Assembly (NCBI GenBank): GCA_947458265.1
Contig: CANGYF010000013.1
Coordinates: 57,301-121,300, forward strand
Source of the DNA: Betaproteobacteria bacterium
Lineage (GTDB): Bacteria; Pseudomonadota; Gammaproteobacteria; Burkholderiales; CAIKXV01
Direction: 5' to 3'
Length of the DNA: 64,000 bases
The notes beneath the pieces are model-generated. The model did no database searches and was not told the DNA's origin. It saw nothing but the letters and a program-made list of their open reading frames with translations. Below, piece by piece: positions 1 through 9,587 of this stretch (its first letter is position 1; each line of letters opens with the position of its first letter). A program made the position numbers and the translations under genes.

Positions 1-1221
1 CCGGAAGCCGAGCGGGCCACGTTCATGGGCATCTTGCGCGCGAACGGACAGGTCGCCACCCGCAACTACGTCGGCGTGCTGTCGACGGTCAACTGCTCGG
101 CCACGGTCGCGCACAAGATCGCCGAATACTTCACGCCCGAGCGGCTGGCCGAGTACCCGAACGTCGACGGCGTGGTTGCCTTCGCGCACGGCACCGGTTG
201 CGGCATGGAGATGACCGGCGAGCCGATGGACCTGCTGCGCCGGACGATGGCCGGCTACGCGCTGCATGCCAACCTGGCCGGCGCGCTGATCGTCGGCCTT
301 GGCTGCGAGCGCAACCAGGTGAACAAGCTGCTCGCCGAACAGAAGCTCACCGCCGGCGCGCGCCTGCACACCTTCGTGATGCAGGACGAGGGCGGCACCA
401 CGAAGACCATCGCCGCCGGCATCGCCGCGGTGAAGTCGATGCTGCCGGAAGCGAACCAGGTCACCCGCACGAAGGTACCGGCCAGCCACATCACCGTCGG
501 CCTGCAGTGCGGCGGCTCGGACGGCTTCTCGTCGATCACCGCCAACCCGGCCCTCGGTGCAGCGATGGACCTGCTGGTGCGCCATGGCGGCACCGCGATC
601 CTGTCCGAGACGCCCGAGATCTACGGCGTCGAGCACACGCTCACCGCGCGCGCACGCTCGAAGGAGGTCGGCGAGAAGCTGATCGAGCGCATCCGCTGGT
701 GGAAGGATGAGTACACCCCGGGCCGCGACACCCAGATCAACGGGGTGGTCAGCCCGGGCAACCAGTCGGGCGGCCTGGCCAACATCTTCGAGAAGTCGCT
801 CGGCTCGTCGATGAAGGGCGGCACCGGCCCGCTGATGGAGGTCTACCGCTACGCGGAACCGGTCTCCCAGAAGGGCTTCGTGTTCATGGACACACCCGGC
901 TTCGATCCGGTCTCGGCCACCGGCCAGATCGCCGGCGGCGCGAACGTGATCTGCTTCACCACCGGCCGCGGCTCGATGTTCGGCGCCAAGCCATCGCCTT
1001 CGATCAAGCTGGCGACCAACACGCCGATGTACAGCCGGCTGACCGAGGACATGGATATCAACTGCGGTGGCATCCTCGACGGCACGCACACGCTGCAGCA
1101 GATGGGCGAGGAGATCTTCCAGCACATCCTGCGCACCTGCTCGGGCGAGAAGACCAAGAGCGAACTGCTCGGTCTGGGCGACCACGAGTTCGTGCCCTGG
1201 AACATCGGCGTGACCGGCTGA
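1..1221 (+). CDS. UxaA-family (altronate/galactarate-type) dehydratase, 5'-partial
   Basis: The reading frame is open from the window edge (PEAERATF precedes the listed Met at 25). Blocks such as GTGCGME, GLQCGGSDGFSS and FMDTPGFDP are typical of the UxaA/GarD C-terminal domain. The SAF-like N-terminus would lie upstream of the window. Confidence 0.8.
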   Translation, partial: PEAERATFMGILRANGQVATRNYVGVLSTVNCSATVAHKIAEYFTPERLAEYPNVDGVVAFAHGTGCGMEMTGEPMDLLRRTMAGYALHANLAGALIVGLGCERNQVNKLLAEQKLTAGARLHTFVMQDEGGTTKTIAAGIAAVKSMLPEANQVTRTKVPASHITVGLQCGGSDGFSSITANPALGAAMDLLVRHGGTAILSETPEIYGVEHTLTARARSKEVGEKLIERIRWWKDEYTPGRDTQINGVVSPGNQSGGLANIFEKSLGSSMKGGTGPLMEVYRYAEPVSQKGFVFMDTPGFDPVSATGQIAGGANVICFTTGRGSMFGAKPSPSIKLATNTPMYSRLTEDMDINCGGILDGTHTLQQMGEEIFQHILRTCSGEKTKSELLGLGDHEFVPWNIGVTG

Positions 1222-1261
1222 GCGCGTCGCACGGCGCCGGTCGTCCCGTTACACTGGCCCG

Positions 1262-2104
1262 ATGCTCAGCTATCGTCACGCCTTTCACGCCGGCAACCAC
1301 GCCGATGTGCTCAAGCACATGGTGCTGGTCGACCTGATCGGCTACCTCGAGCAGAAGGACAAGCCCTTCTGGTACATCGATACGCATGCCGGCGCCGGGC
1401 TCTATCCGCTCGACACGCCGACCGCGCTCAAGACGGGCGAGTTCCGCGACGGCATCGGCCGGCTGTGGACCGAACCCGGCCTGCCAGCGCCGGTCCAGGC
1501 CTATGTCGACCAGGTGCGCAAGGTGAACCGCAGTGGCCGTCTGCTGCACTATCCCGGTTCGCCGCAGTTCGCGCTGCAGATGCTGCGCCCGGATGACCGG
1601 CTGCACCTGTTCGACCTGCACTCGACCGACAGCCGCCTGCTGCAGAAGCAGTACGACGGCGAACGGCGGGTACGCGCGCTGGCCGGCGACGGCTATGCCG
1701 GGCTTAAGGCGCTGCTGCCGCCGCAGCCGCGGCGCGCGCTGGTGCTGGTCGATCCCTCCTACGAAGACCGGCAGGACTATCGGCAGGTGGTCGACGCGGT
1801 CGAGGACGCATTGCGCCGCTTCGCAACCGGCGTCTACATGGTCTGGTATCCGCTGCTCGTGAAGCGGGAGTCGGTCCGGCTGCCGATGGCGCTCGCCGAG
1901 CTGCGCGAGCGCGACTGGCTGCAGGTAGAGCTGCGGGTGAAGGCGCCGGCCGAGGATGGCATCGGCATGCATGGCAGCGGCCTGTTCGTGTTCAACCCGC
2001 CGTGGACACTGCCGGCGACACTCGAGGCCGCACTGCCGGCGCTGGTGCGGCTGCTCGGGCAGGATGCCACCGCCAGCCATCTCGTGCGCCACACGATAGC
2101 CTGA
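1262..2104 (+). CDS. rlmJ: 23S rRNA (adenine2030-N6)-methyltransferase RlmJ
   Basis: The N-terminus MLSYRHAFHAGNHADVLKH...DKPF.Y.DTHAGAG closely matches the E. coli RlmJ N-terminus as I remember it. The length of 280 aa fits. Confidence 0.85.
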   Translation: MLSYRHAFHAGNHADVLKHMVLVDLIGYLEQKDKPFWYIDTHAGAGLYPLDTPTALKTGEFRDGIGRLWTEPGLPAPVQAYVDQVRKVNRSGRLLHYPGSPQFALQMLRPDDRLHLFDLHSTDSRLLQKQYDGERRVRALAGDGYAGLKALLPPQPRRALVLVDPSYEDRQDYRQVVDAVEDALRRFATGVYMVWYPLLVKRESVRLPMALAELRERDWLQVELRVKAPAEDGIGMHGSGLFVFNPPWTLPATLEAALPALVRLLGQDATASHLVRHTIA

Positions 2105-2313
2105 CCGGCGCCGCGCAGCCGCCGGTTTGCGAGCGCGGCTGCCATGCTGATAAGCTTGGTCCGGCGAGCGACGCTCGCATGCCACAGGGATGGCCGTGGA
2201 CAGGAAATGCGCGGGACAGCGCATGCACCGGCCGCCCGTCGCCCGCCCTCAGAACAGGGGTGCGGGAAAACACGGCGCCGCCTTGCTGGCGGCCCAACGG
2301 AGGAGAGACACGA

Positions 2314-3318
2314 ATGACGCGATCACTGTCCGTGCTGCGCCGGGTGGCGCTGCTGTCCGCGATGACCACCGGCGGCGCTGTACTGCTCACCGGCACACTG
2401 GTGCCCAATGCACAGGCACAGGCGTTCCCGGTCAAGCCGCTGCGGCTGATCCTGCCGTTCCCGCCCGGCGGTCCGACCGACATGCTCGGGCGCAGCGTCG
2501 GCGCCAAGCTGTCGGAACAGGTCGGCCAGCCGGTCACGGTCGACAACCGGCCCGGTGCCGGCGGCAACCTCGGCCTCGAGGTCGCCTCGAAGGCACCCGC
2601 CGACGGCTACACGATGGTGCTGTCCTCGCCGCTGATCTCGATCAGCCCGTCGCTGTACGCCAAGCTCAACTACGATCCGATGAAGGATCTGGCGCCGATC
2701 TCGATGCTGGCGGTGATCCAGAACATCCTGATCGTGCATCCTTCCGTCCCGGCGAAGACCCTGGGCGACCTGGTGAAGATCGCGCGCGCCAATCCCGGCC
2801 GGCTCAACTACAGCTCGGGTGGCGTGGGCACCACTGGCCACCTGGCGGCCGAACTGCTCAACAGCCTGATGAAGATCCGCACCGTACACGTGCCCTACAA
2901 GGGCTCCGGGCAGGCGCTGGTCGGCCTGATGTCGGGCGAGACCGACATGCTGATCATGGCCGCCGCCGTCGCCGCCCCACAGGTCACGGCGGGCAAGGTG
3001 AAGGGGATCGCGCTGCTGTCGGAGAAGCGGGTGCCCAACCTGCCGAACGTGCCCACCGCGGCCGAGTCGGGCGTGCAGGGTTTCGAGGTGCCGATCTGGT
3101 ACGGCATGCTGGCACCGTCGGGTACACCGCGCGAGCTGATCGGGCGGCTGAACGCCGAGATCGTCAAGGCCCTGGCCTCGCCCGACCTGCGCGACAAGCT
3201 GGCCACCTCGGGCATCGAGTCGCGCACCAGCACGCCGGAGCAGTTCGCCGAGTTCATCCGCAGCGAAGCGGTGCGCTATGGCAAGGTGATCCGCGACGCC
3301 GGGATCAAGGGCGAGTAG
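2314..3318 (+). CDS. Bug-family (TctC-like) tripartite tricarboxylate transporter substrate-binding protein
   Basis: An internal ATG at 2314 follows GGAGAG. There is a signal peptide (..PNAQAQA), then FPVKPLRLILPFPPGGPTD and VDNRPGAGG, the Bug family hallmarks. The upstream part of the 2002 ORF is a GC artefact. Confidence 0.9.
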   Translation: MTRSLSVLRRVALLSAMTTGGAVLLTGTLVPNAQAQAFPVKPLRLILPFPPGGPTDMLGRSVGAKLSEQVGQPVTVDNRPGAGGNLGLEVASKAPADGYTMVLSSPLISISPSLYAKLNYDPMKDLAPISMLAVIQNILIVHPSVPAKTLGDLVKIARANPGRLNYSSGGVGTTGHLAAELLNSLMKIRTVHVPYKGSGQALVGLMSGETDMLIMAAAVAAPQVTAGKVKGIALLSEKRVPNLPNVPTAAESGVQGFEVPIWYGMLAPSGTPRELIGRLNAEIVKALASPDLRDKLATSGIESRTSTPEQFAEFIRSEAVRYGKVIRDAGIKGE

Positions 3319-3334
3319 TACCGATCGAACCAAC

Positions 3335-4243
3335 GTGGCATTGACCGAGGGAAACACCGTGGCCAGGAAGACCATTCGAAGCCTGCTGAAGGAAGAAAAA
3401 CCCCTGGTGCTGCCGGGCGCGCACGATGCGCTGTCCGCGCTGCTGATCAAGCAGGCCGGATTCAAGGGCTTCTTCATCGGCGGCTTCCAGACCGCCGGTG
3501 CCCGTCACGGATTGCCCGACATCGGCCTGTGCCAACTCGGTGAGTTCGGGGCCGCCTTCCGCGACATGGTTAACGCCTGCGACCTGCCGGTGCTGGTCGA
3601 TGCCGACAACGGCTACGGCGACGTGAAGAACTGCGTGCACCTGCTCAACAGCTACGAACGCATGGGCATCTCGGCGCTGTTCATCGAAGACCAGGTCGCG
3701 CCCAAGCGCTGCGGCCACATGGCCGGCAAGCGGGTGGTACCCACCGAAGAGATGGAAGCCAAGCTGCGCGCGATGAGCGCCAACCGCATGGACCCGGAGA
3801 CCTTCATCGTCGCGCGCACCGATGCGCGCGCAATCCACGGACTCGACGAAGCGCTGCGCCGCGCCGAACGCTATGTACGCGCCGGTGCCGACGGCGTGTT
3901 CATCGAGTCGATGCTGAACGAGGAAGAGATGGCCCGTGCGGTGCGCGAGATCGACACCGTGCACGTGGCCAACATGCTCGAAGGCGGGCTGTCGCCGATC
4001 GTCAAGCCGTCGGTGCTGGGCGAGATGGGCTACGGCATCGCGCTCTACGGCATCACCCTGCTGCTGCGTGTGGTGAAGACGATGCAGCTGGCGCTGGCCG
4101 ACCTGCGCAGCGACGAACTGAAGCTGGTCGGCACCGGCGCCAACTTCGACGACTACCTGAAAGTGGTCGGCATCGACCGCTGGCGCGCGATCGAGGAGCA
4201 GTTCGGCGAGGAGCATCCGGACGCGGCGAAGACCGGCCACTAG
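3335..4243 (+). CDS. Isocitrate lyase / PEP mutase family protein (methylisocitrate-lyase / carboxyvinyl-carboxyphosphonate phosphorylmutase-like)
   Basis: GTG start. PGAHDALSA, DADNGYG and IEDQVAPKRCGHMAGK are signature blocks of the ICL/PEPM superfamily. Confidence 0.85.
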   Translation: MALTEGNTVARKTIRSLLKEEKPLVLPGAHDALSALLIKQAGFKGFFIGGFQTAGARHGLPDIGLCQLGEFGAAFRDMVNACDLPVLVDADNGYGDVKNCVHLLNSYERMGISALFIEDQVAPKRCGHMAGKRVVPTEEMEAKLRAMSANRMDPETFIVARTDARAIHGLDEALRRAERYVRAGADGVFIESMLNEEEMARAVREIDTVHVANMLEGGLSPIVKPSVLGEMGYGIALYGITLLLRVVKTMQLALADLRSDELKLVGTGANFDDYLKVVGIDRWRAIEEQFGEEHPDAAKTGH

Positions 4244-4275
4244 GCGCCTGCCGCGTCTCCGGGAAGGAGAGGACG

Positions 4276-5274
4276 ATGATCCGTGCCGCCGTGATCGGCC
4301 TGGGCCGCTGGGGCCGCAACCACGTGCGGTCGGTGCAGGGCGGCGAGGCAGCACCCAGCCCGCACGTGCGGTTCGTGCGGGCCGTGGTGCAGACGCCCGC
4401 GAAGTCCGACGAGTTCGCGCGCGAGCACGGGCTCGACCTCGGCACCGACCTCGATGCCGTGCTGGCCGACCCGTCGATCGACGCGGTGGTGCTGGCAACG
4501 CCGAACTCGCAGCACGCCGGGCAGGTACGCGCCTGCGCGGCAGCGGGCAAGTCGGTGCTGAGCGAGAAACCGCTGGCGCTGACGCTCGACGACGCGCGCG
4601 GCGCAGTGCAGGCGTGCATCGACGCCGGCGTCGTGCTCACCGTCGGGCAGGACAAGCGGCACTGGCCCTCGATGCGGGAACTGGGCGAGGTGGTGGCCAG
4701 CGGGGTACTCGGTCCGATCCTGCATGCCGAGGGCCACTTCAGCAACGAGAACCAGAAGAACTTCTTCACCAGCTGGCGCGAACGGCCCGAGGAGGCGCCC
4801 GCTTCCAGCCTCACCGCGACCGGCATCCATGTGCTGGACGCGATGATCCGCCTGTTCGGACCGGTGGCTGGTGTGAGCGCGACCACCGTTTCGCAGCCGC
4901 CACCGGACGAGGCACTCGATGCCCTGACGATGGTGTTCCGCTTCGCCCGCCCGATGTCCGCCGTACTGTGCGGCGTGCGCCCCACCCCGCTGTTCTGGCG
5001 GCTGCATGTATTCGGCCGCGACGGTTCGGTGGAAGCCATCGGCGACCGCGAAGTGGTGATCCGCCTGAGCGGCCAGCCGATCCGCCGGCTCGAACTGCAG
5101 CCGGTGAACGGCATGCGCCTGCAGATGGAGGCCTTCGCCGCTGCGGTCGCCTCGCGTGCGCAACCCGCCGCCTGGCCGATCCCGCCGGGCGAAATGCTCG
5201 GTACCATTGCCGCCGTGGAAGCCGTCGCACATTCGCTTCGCCACGGCACCCCGGTACAGTCCACCCTGCCCTGA
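4276..5274 (+). CDS. Gfo/Idh/MocA family oxidoreductase
   Basis: The N-terminal Rossmann motif is IRAAVIGLGRWGRNH, followed by the EKPLALT motif. A GGAGAGG Shine-Dalgarno lies upstream. Confidence 0.85.
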   Translation: MIRAAVIGLGRWGRNHVRSVQGGEAAPSPHVRFVRAVVQTPAKSDEFAREHGLDLGTDLDAVLADPSIDAVVLATPNSQHAGQVRACAAAGKSVLSEKPLALTLDDARGAVQACIDAGVVLTVGQDKRHWPSMRELGEVVASGVLGPILHAEGHFSNENQKNFFTSWRERPEEAPASSLTATGIHVLDAMIRLFGPVAGVSATTVSQPPPDEALDALTMVFRFARPMSAVLCGVRPTPLFWRLHVFGRDGSVEAIGDREVVIRLSGQPIRRLELQPVNGMRLQMEAFAAAVASRAQPAAWPIPPGEMLGTIAAVEAVAHSLRHGTPVQSTLP

Positions 5275-5316
5275 AAACAATCCGGGTCAGACACGGATTT
5301 CCTCGAGGAGAAGCGC

Positions 5317-5577
5317 GTGACAGGCAACACCCCGGTGATCGACGTGCACAGCCAGGCGCTGCCGAAGCCTCTGGTGGATGCGATCGCCGCACGGCCACGC
5401 GCATACGACATCGAGGTCGGCGCCGATCGATTGTTGGTAGGCACTGATGCGCCCTGCGACAGGGGCGAAGAGAATCCGCCCGGGATGCTGGAACAGCTTG
5501 CCGGGCCCACCAACCAGCAGCGCGACCTGATCCACGGACTGAACGCGCTCGAACTGCTCGGGGAAGGACAGTCCTGA
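5317..5577 (+). pseudogene. Internally deleted amidohydrolase-2 family relic (86 codons)
   Basis: The N-terminus PVIDVHSQ resembles the IDxHxH metal motif, with the second His replaced by Gln. It is joined directly to a C-terminal-type block ADRLLVGTDAP....LNALELLG. The roughly 200-250 residues normally between these blocks are absent. A GAGGAG Shine-Dalgarno and GTG start are retained, and the stop overlaps the next start (TGATG). Confidence 0.55.
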
Positions 5578-6827
5578 TGGAACCCACCAAAGGCAAGGGC
5601 CGCGCGATCGTCATCGGCGGTTCGCTCGGCGGGCTGTTCGCCGCCAACCTGCTGCTCGCCCGCGGCTGGGACGTGAAGGTGTACGAACGCGCGAGCGACG
5701 ACCTCGCTACCCGCGGCGCCGGCATCGGCACCCATGAAGAGCTGTTCGCCGTGATGCGCGAACTGGGCATCACCATCGACCAGACGATCGGCGTCGCGGT
5801 CAACCGCCGCATGTGCCTCGCGCTGGACGGTTCGCTGGTGTACGAACTGACCGTGCCGCAGGTCATGAGCGCCTGGGCGCGCGTCTACCGTCCGCTGAAA
5901 GCGATGCTGCCCGACCGCTGCTACCGCCCGGGAACGGCACTCAAGGCCTTCACCGAGCATGCCGATCGGGTGGTGGTCGAACTGTCCGACGGCAGCCGCG
6001 ACGAATGCGACCTGCTGATCGGCGCCGACGGAATCCGCTCGACGCTGCGCTCGATCTGGCAACCGACAGCGCAGCCGGTATACGTCGGCTACATCGCCTG
6101 GCGCGGCGTGATGCAGGAAAGCGCGATGCCCCCGGCGTTGCATGCGCAGCTCATGCCCAACTATGCCTTCGGCCTGCCCGAAGGCGAGATGATGCTGGCC
6201 TATCCGGTGCCTGGAAAGGGCGACGACGTGCGCCCCGGCCATCGCGGCTACAACTTCGTCTGGTACCGCCCGACCGACGAACACAGCCAGTTGCCCGACC
6301 TGTGTAGCGACGCCACCGGCCGCTGCCATGGCCAGTCGATCGCACCGCCCCTGATCCGTCCCGAAGTCATCCGCTCGATCAAGAAGACCGCACACGAAGT
6401 GCTGGCACCACAGATAGCCGAGGCTTTCGAACTGACCGAGCAGCCGTTCTTCCAGGCGATCTACGACCTCGAATCGACGACCATCGCGAAGGGCCGGGTC
6501 GCCCTGCTCGGCGATGCCGCCTTCGTCGCACGCCCGCACATCGGCGCCGGAGTGAGCAAGGCTGCGCTCGATGCGCTGGATCTCGTGAACCAGCTCGATG
6601 CGGCGCCGGGCGACGTGGCGGGGGCGCTGGCGACGTACGACGTACGCCGGCGCAACTTCGGCAGCAAGGTCGTGCAACGTTCGCGCTGGGTCGGCGGCTA
6701 CGTGCAGTGGCATGGCAAGCCCAAGCACCTCCATCCAGACAACATGATGCCATCGGCACCGGAGAACGTACTGCGCGAGATCGGCGCACCACTGGCCAAG
6801 ATCAAGGAACTGCACGAGATGATGTGA
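5577..6827 (+). CDS. FAD-dependent monooxygenase (2,6-dihydroxypyridine hydroxylase / UbiH-like)
   Basis: RAIVIGGSLGGLFAANLL is a GxGxxG FAD fold. DLLIGADGIRS and the GDAA motif (LLGDAAFVARPHIGAGVS) are also present. Confidence 0.85.
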   Translation: MEPTKGKGRAIVIGGSLGGLFAANLLLARGWDVKVYERASDDLATRGAGIGTHEELFAVMRELGITIDQTIGVAVNRRMCLALDGSLVYELTVPQVMSAWARVYRPLKAMLPDRCYRPGTALKAFTEHADRVVVELSDGSRDECDLLIGADGIRSTLRSIWQPTAQPVYVGYIAWRGVMQESAMPPALHAQLMPNYAFGLPEGEMMLAYPVPGKGDDVRPGHRGYNFVWYRPTDEHSQLPDLCSDATGRCHGQSIAPPLIRPEVIRSIKKTAHEVLAPQIAEAFELTEQPFFQAIYDLESTTIAKGRVALLGDAAFVARPHIGAGVSKAALDALDLVNQLDAAPGDVAGALATYDVRRRNFGSKVVQRSRWVGGYVQWHGKPKHLHPDNMMPSAPENVLREIGAPLAKIKELHEMM

Positions 6828-6909
6828 TCCGTGCAGGTCACGCTTGCCTGAACCCATGTGCCCCCGCGTTAGAATCCCCCCGACGCCCCACACACCCTGA
6901 AAGAACGCC

Positions 6910-7683
6910 ATGGAACTCGGACTCAAAGGCAAGGTTGCCCTGATCACCGGCGGCAGCGAAGGCATCGGCCGCGCTACTGCACTCTGTCTCGCCAAGGAAG
7001 GCGCGATCGTCTCAGTATGCGCACGCCGCGCCGAGCCGCTGGCCGCAGTCGAAAAGGAACTGCTCGCCACCGGCGCCACCGTGCTCGCCTTCCAGGGCGA
7101 CGCGACGAACGCCGAGCAGATGCAGCAGTGGGTGAAGCAGGTCCACGACACCTTCGGGAAGATCGACATTCTGGTCAACAACGCCGGCGGCTCGGGCCAG
7201 CTGTCGTTCGACGACGTCGACGAGGCGCGCTGGCAGGAAGACGTGTCGGTCAAGCTGTTCGCGCCGATGCGCCTGATCCGGCTGGTACTGCCGTACATGA
7301 AGGCGCAGAAATCCGGTTCGATCATCAACCTGACGATGGCCGCCGCGGCCACGCCGGGCCCGAACCAGTTGCCGACGGTGGTGAGCCGGCAGGCCGGCGC
7401 TACCCTGGCCAAGGCGCTGTCGAAAGAACTCGGCCCGCACAACATCCGTGTCAACGTGGTCTGCGTCGGCAAGATCAAGACGCCGCAGCAGGCGCGCAGT
7501 GCGAAGCGCACCAACCTGACCGTCGAGGAGCATTTCGCACGCAACGCCAAGTCGGTGCCGCTGCAGCGCATGGGCGAGCCGGAGGACATGGGCAACGCGA
7601 TCACCTTCCTGGTTTCCGATGCAGCCGGCTACATCACCGGCACCTGCGTCAACGTGGACGGCGGCCTGTCGGGCGTGCTGTAG
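6910..7683 (+). CDS. SDR family oxidoreductase
   Basis: KVALITGGSEGIG is the TGxxxGIG motif. NNAG and a C-terminal GxxxNVDGG block are present. Length is 257 aa. Confidence 0.9.
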   Translation: MELGLKGKVALITGGSEGIGRATALCLAKEGAIVSVCARRAEPLAAVEKELLATGATVLAFQGDATNAEQMQQWVKQVHDTFGKIDILVNNAGGSGQLSFDDVDEARWQEDVSVKLFAPMRLIRLVLPYMKAQKSGSIINLTMAAAATPGPNQLPTVVSRQAGATLAKALSKELGPHNIRVNVVCVGKIKTPQQARSAKRTNLTVEEHFARNAKSVPLQRMGEPEDMGNAITFLVSDAAGYITGTCVNVDGGLSGVL

Positions 7684-7790
7684 GGGCGAGCGGGGGCGCG
7701 CCACGGGATGGCCCGCTGCAACTTGTCACAGGGCGGGGCTACCATGGGGCACTTCAGTGCTACCACTACCGTGCCACCACTACCAATTCC

Positions 7791-8879
7791 ATGAACGCCA
7801 AGACCCCCACCCGCGCCCTGCACGACCTCGGCCAGAGCCTCTGGCTGGACAACATCACCCGCGACCTGCTCGATAACGGTACGCTCGCGCGCTACATCGC
7901 CGAGTTGTCGGTAACCGGCCTGACCTCGAACCCGACCATCTTCGCGGGGGCGATCGGCGGCAGCAAGGCCTACGACTCAGGCATCGCCGCGAAGACGAAG
8001 GCCGGCCTGACCAACGAGGCACTGTTCGTCGAACTGGCACTGGAAGACCTGCGCCGTGCGGCCGACCTGTTCCGTCCCGAGTTCGACCGCACGGCGGGCG
8101 TCGATGGCTGGGTGTCGATGGAAGTCTCACCGTTGCTCGCGAGCGACACCGCCGGCACGATCGCCGAGGCCCTGCAGATCCACAAGCAAGCCGAGCGGCC
8201 CAACCTGTTCGTGAAGATCCCGGGCACGCCGGAAGGCCTGCCTGCGATCGAGGAAGCGATCTTCGCCGGCGTGCCGGTGAACGTGACGCTGCTGTTCTCG
8301 TGCGCCCAGTACGAGGCGGCGGCAGATGCCTGGCTGCGCGGCATCGAACGCCGGATCGACGCCGGGCTCGATCCGCGCGTCGATTCGGTCGCCTCGCTGT
8401 TCATCAGCCGCTGGGATGCCGCGGTCGTCGGCAAGGTCCCCGCGACGCTGAACAACCGCCTGGGCATCGCGATCGGCCAGCAGGCCTACCTCGCGTATCG
8501 CGGCCTGCTCGCCTCGGCCGCCTGGAAACGGGTGATGGCTGCCGGCGCCCGGCCGCAGCGGCTGCTCTGGGCCAGCACCGGCACCAAGGACCCGGCGGCA
8601 CCGGACACGCTCTACATCGAGGCGCTGGCCGCAGCCGACACGGTGAATACGATGCCCGAAAAGACGTTGCTGGCGTTCGCCGACCACGGCAAGGTCAGCG
8701 CTGCGATCGGTGCTGGCCGCGATGGCGAACCGGCGGCGACGCTGGCTGCGATCAAGGCCGCCGGCGTGGACCTCGACGCGCTGGCATTGAAGCTGCAGCA
8801 GGATGGTGCGGCGGCCTTCGTGAAGTCATGGCATGAGCTGCTGGGGACGATCGACGTGCGGATGAAGGCGGTGGGCTGA
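7791..8879 (+). CDS. tal: Transaldolase (long, type-2-like form)
   Basis: An internal ATG at 7791 lies in the 7017 ORF frame. The blocks LHDLGQSLWLDNITRDLL and GLTSNPTIF are present, and the length of about 362 aa fits. The upstream 258 codons are a GC artefact overlapping the SDR gene. Confidence 0.9.
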   Translation: MNAKTPTRALHDLGQSLWLDNITRDLLDNGTLARYIAELSVTGLTSNPTIFAGAIGGSKAYDSGIAAKTKAGLTNEALFVELALEDLRRAADLFRPEFDRTAGVDGWVSMEVSPLLASDTAGTIAEALQIHKQAERPNLFVKIPGTPEGLPAIEEAIFAGVPVNVTLLFSCAQYEAAADAWLRGIERRIDAGLDPRVDSVASLFISRWDAAVVGKVPATLNNRLGIAIGQQAYLAYRGLLASAAWKRVMAAGARPQRLLWASTGTKDPAAPDTLYIEALAAADTVNTMPEKTLLAFADHGKVSAAIGAGRDGEPAATLAAIKAAGVDLDALALKLQQDGAAAFVKSWHELLGTIDVRMKAVG

Positions 8880-8926
8880 CGAGCGGGCCTTGCGCCACGG
8901 AGCCCTTGCGGCGCTGCCGCGAAGGT

Positions 8927-9253
8927 TCAGCTGAACCCCGCTTCCCGCTGGTGCCTGACCGACAACACCTCGACCCGCAGAAGCCTGGGGCGAACCCGGT
9001 AAAGCACGACATACCCGCTGTTGCCGAACGATACGACCAGCGCGCGAAGTGCATCGCTCACTGGCCGACCGACCAACGGATGTTCGGCGAGCACGGCCAC
9101 GCCCGACACGATGGACTGGATCGCACGCCGCGCGGCTGCGTCATCGGATGCAGAGAGGAAATCGAATATCCGATCGACACCGCTCAGCGCATGCCTGGAA
9201 TAGACGATCGAGAACCTGCCTTCGGCCAGCCGTATCGATCGCTTCGAGGACAT
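8927..9253 (-). CDS. Type II toxin, RelE/ParE family
   Basis: The protein is 108 aa. It has the ...GRPV...RALVVSFGNSGYVVLYRV......VEVLSVRHQRE C-terminal pattern typical of ParE/RelE. It sits immediately downstream of a small RHH gene. Confidence 0.8.
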   Translation of the reverse strand: MSSKRSIRLAEGRFSIVYSRHALSGVDRIFDFLSASDDAAARRAIQSIVSGVAVLAEHPLVGRPVSDALRALVVSFGNSGYVVLYRVRPRLLRVEVLSVRHQREAGFS

Positions 9254-9280
9254 CGACAGCGTGCGGGAATCGATGCGCGA

Positions 9281-9568
9281 TCAGCGGCCCGCAAGCGGCC
9301 GAGGGCGCTTGATGCGCCCGCCGGATAGGCGGGATACGAGGTATGCATGGACTTCTTCGGCTGCGTAGACCGCGGCCCCTGCATCGATCTCATCGGCCGC
9401 AGCCTGAGCCTCTGCAATGAACGACTCGCGCATCTCGGCGCGCGCCACCTGCTGCCCGACCGCCTCGACGAGCCATGCATGGACGCTCTTGCCTTCGAGC
9501 TGCGACAACTCCGCCACGCGCGCCTTCAACGCGCCGGGCAACTTGATGGATGTGCTGGTCGTCGACAT
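9281..9568 (-). CDS. Type II antitoxin, ribbon-helix-helix (CopG/Arc-like)
   Basis: ATG at 9568 is preceded by GGAGG. The 95-aa product begins MSTTSTSIKLPGALKARVAELSQLEGKSVHAWLVEAV, an RHH beta-strand plus helices. It ends 27 nt before the toxin start. Confidence 0.7.
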   Translation of the reverse strand: MSTTSTSIKLPGALKARVAELSQLEGKSVHAWLVEAVGQQVARAEMRESFIAEAQAAADEIDAGAAVYAAEEVHAYLVSRLSGGRIKRPRPLAGR

Positions 9569-9587
9569 GCATGCCTCCGTCACCTCA

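Noticed and set aside
4053-7604. 1183-aa minus-strand ORF spanning five plus-strand genes
   Set aside because: It is antisense to well-supported genes with clear family motifs. Its product is Arg/Ala/Ser/Pro-rich with no motifs, and it crosses intergenic gaps. This is a typical stop-poor antisense frame of a very GC-rich genome.
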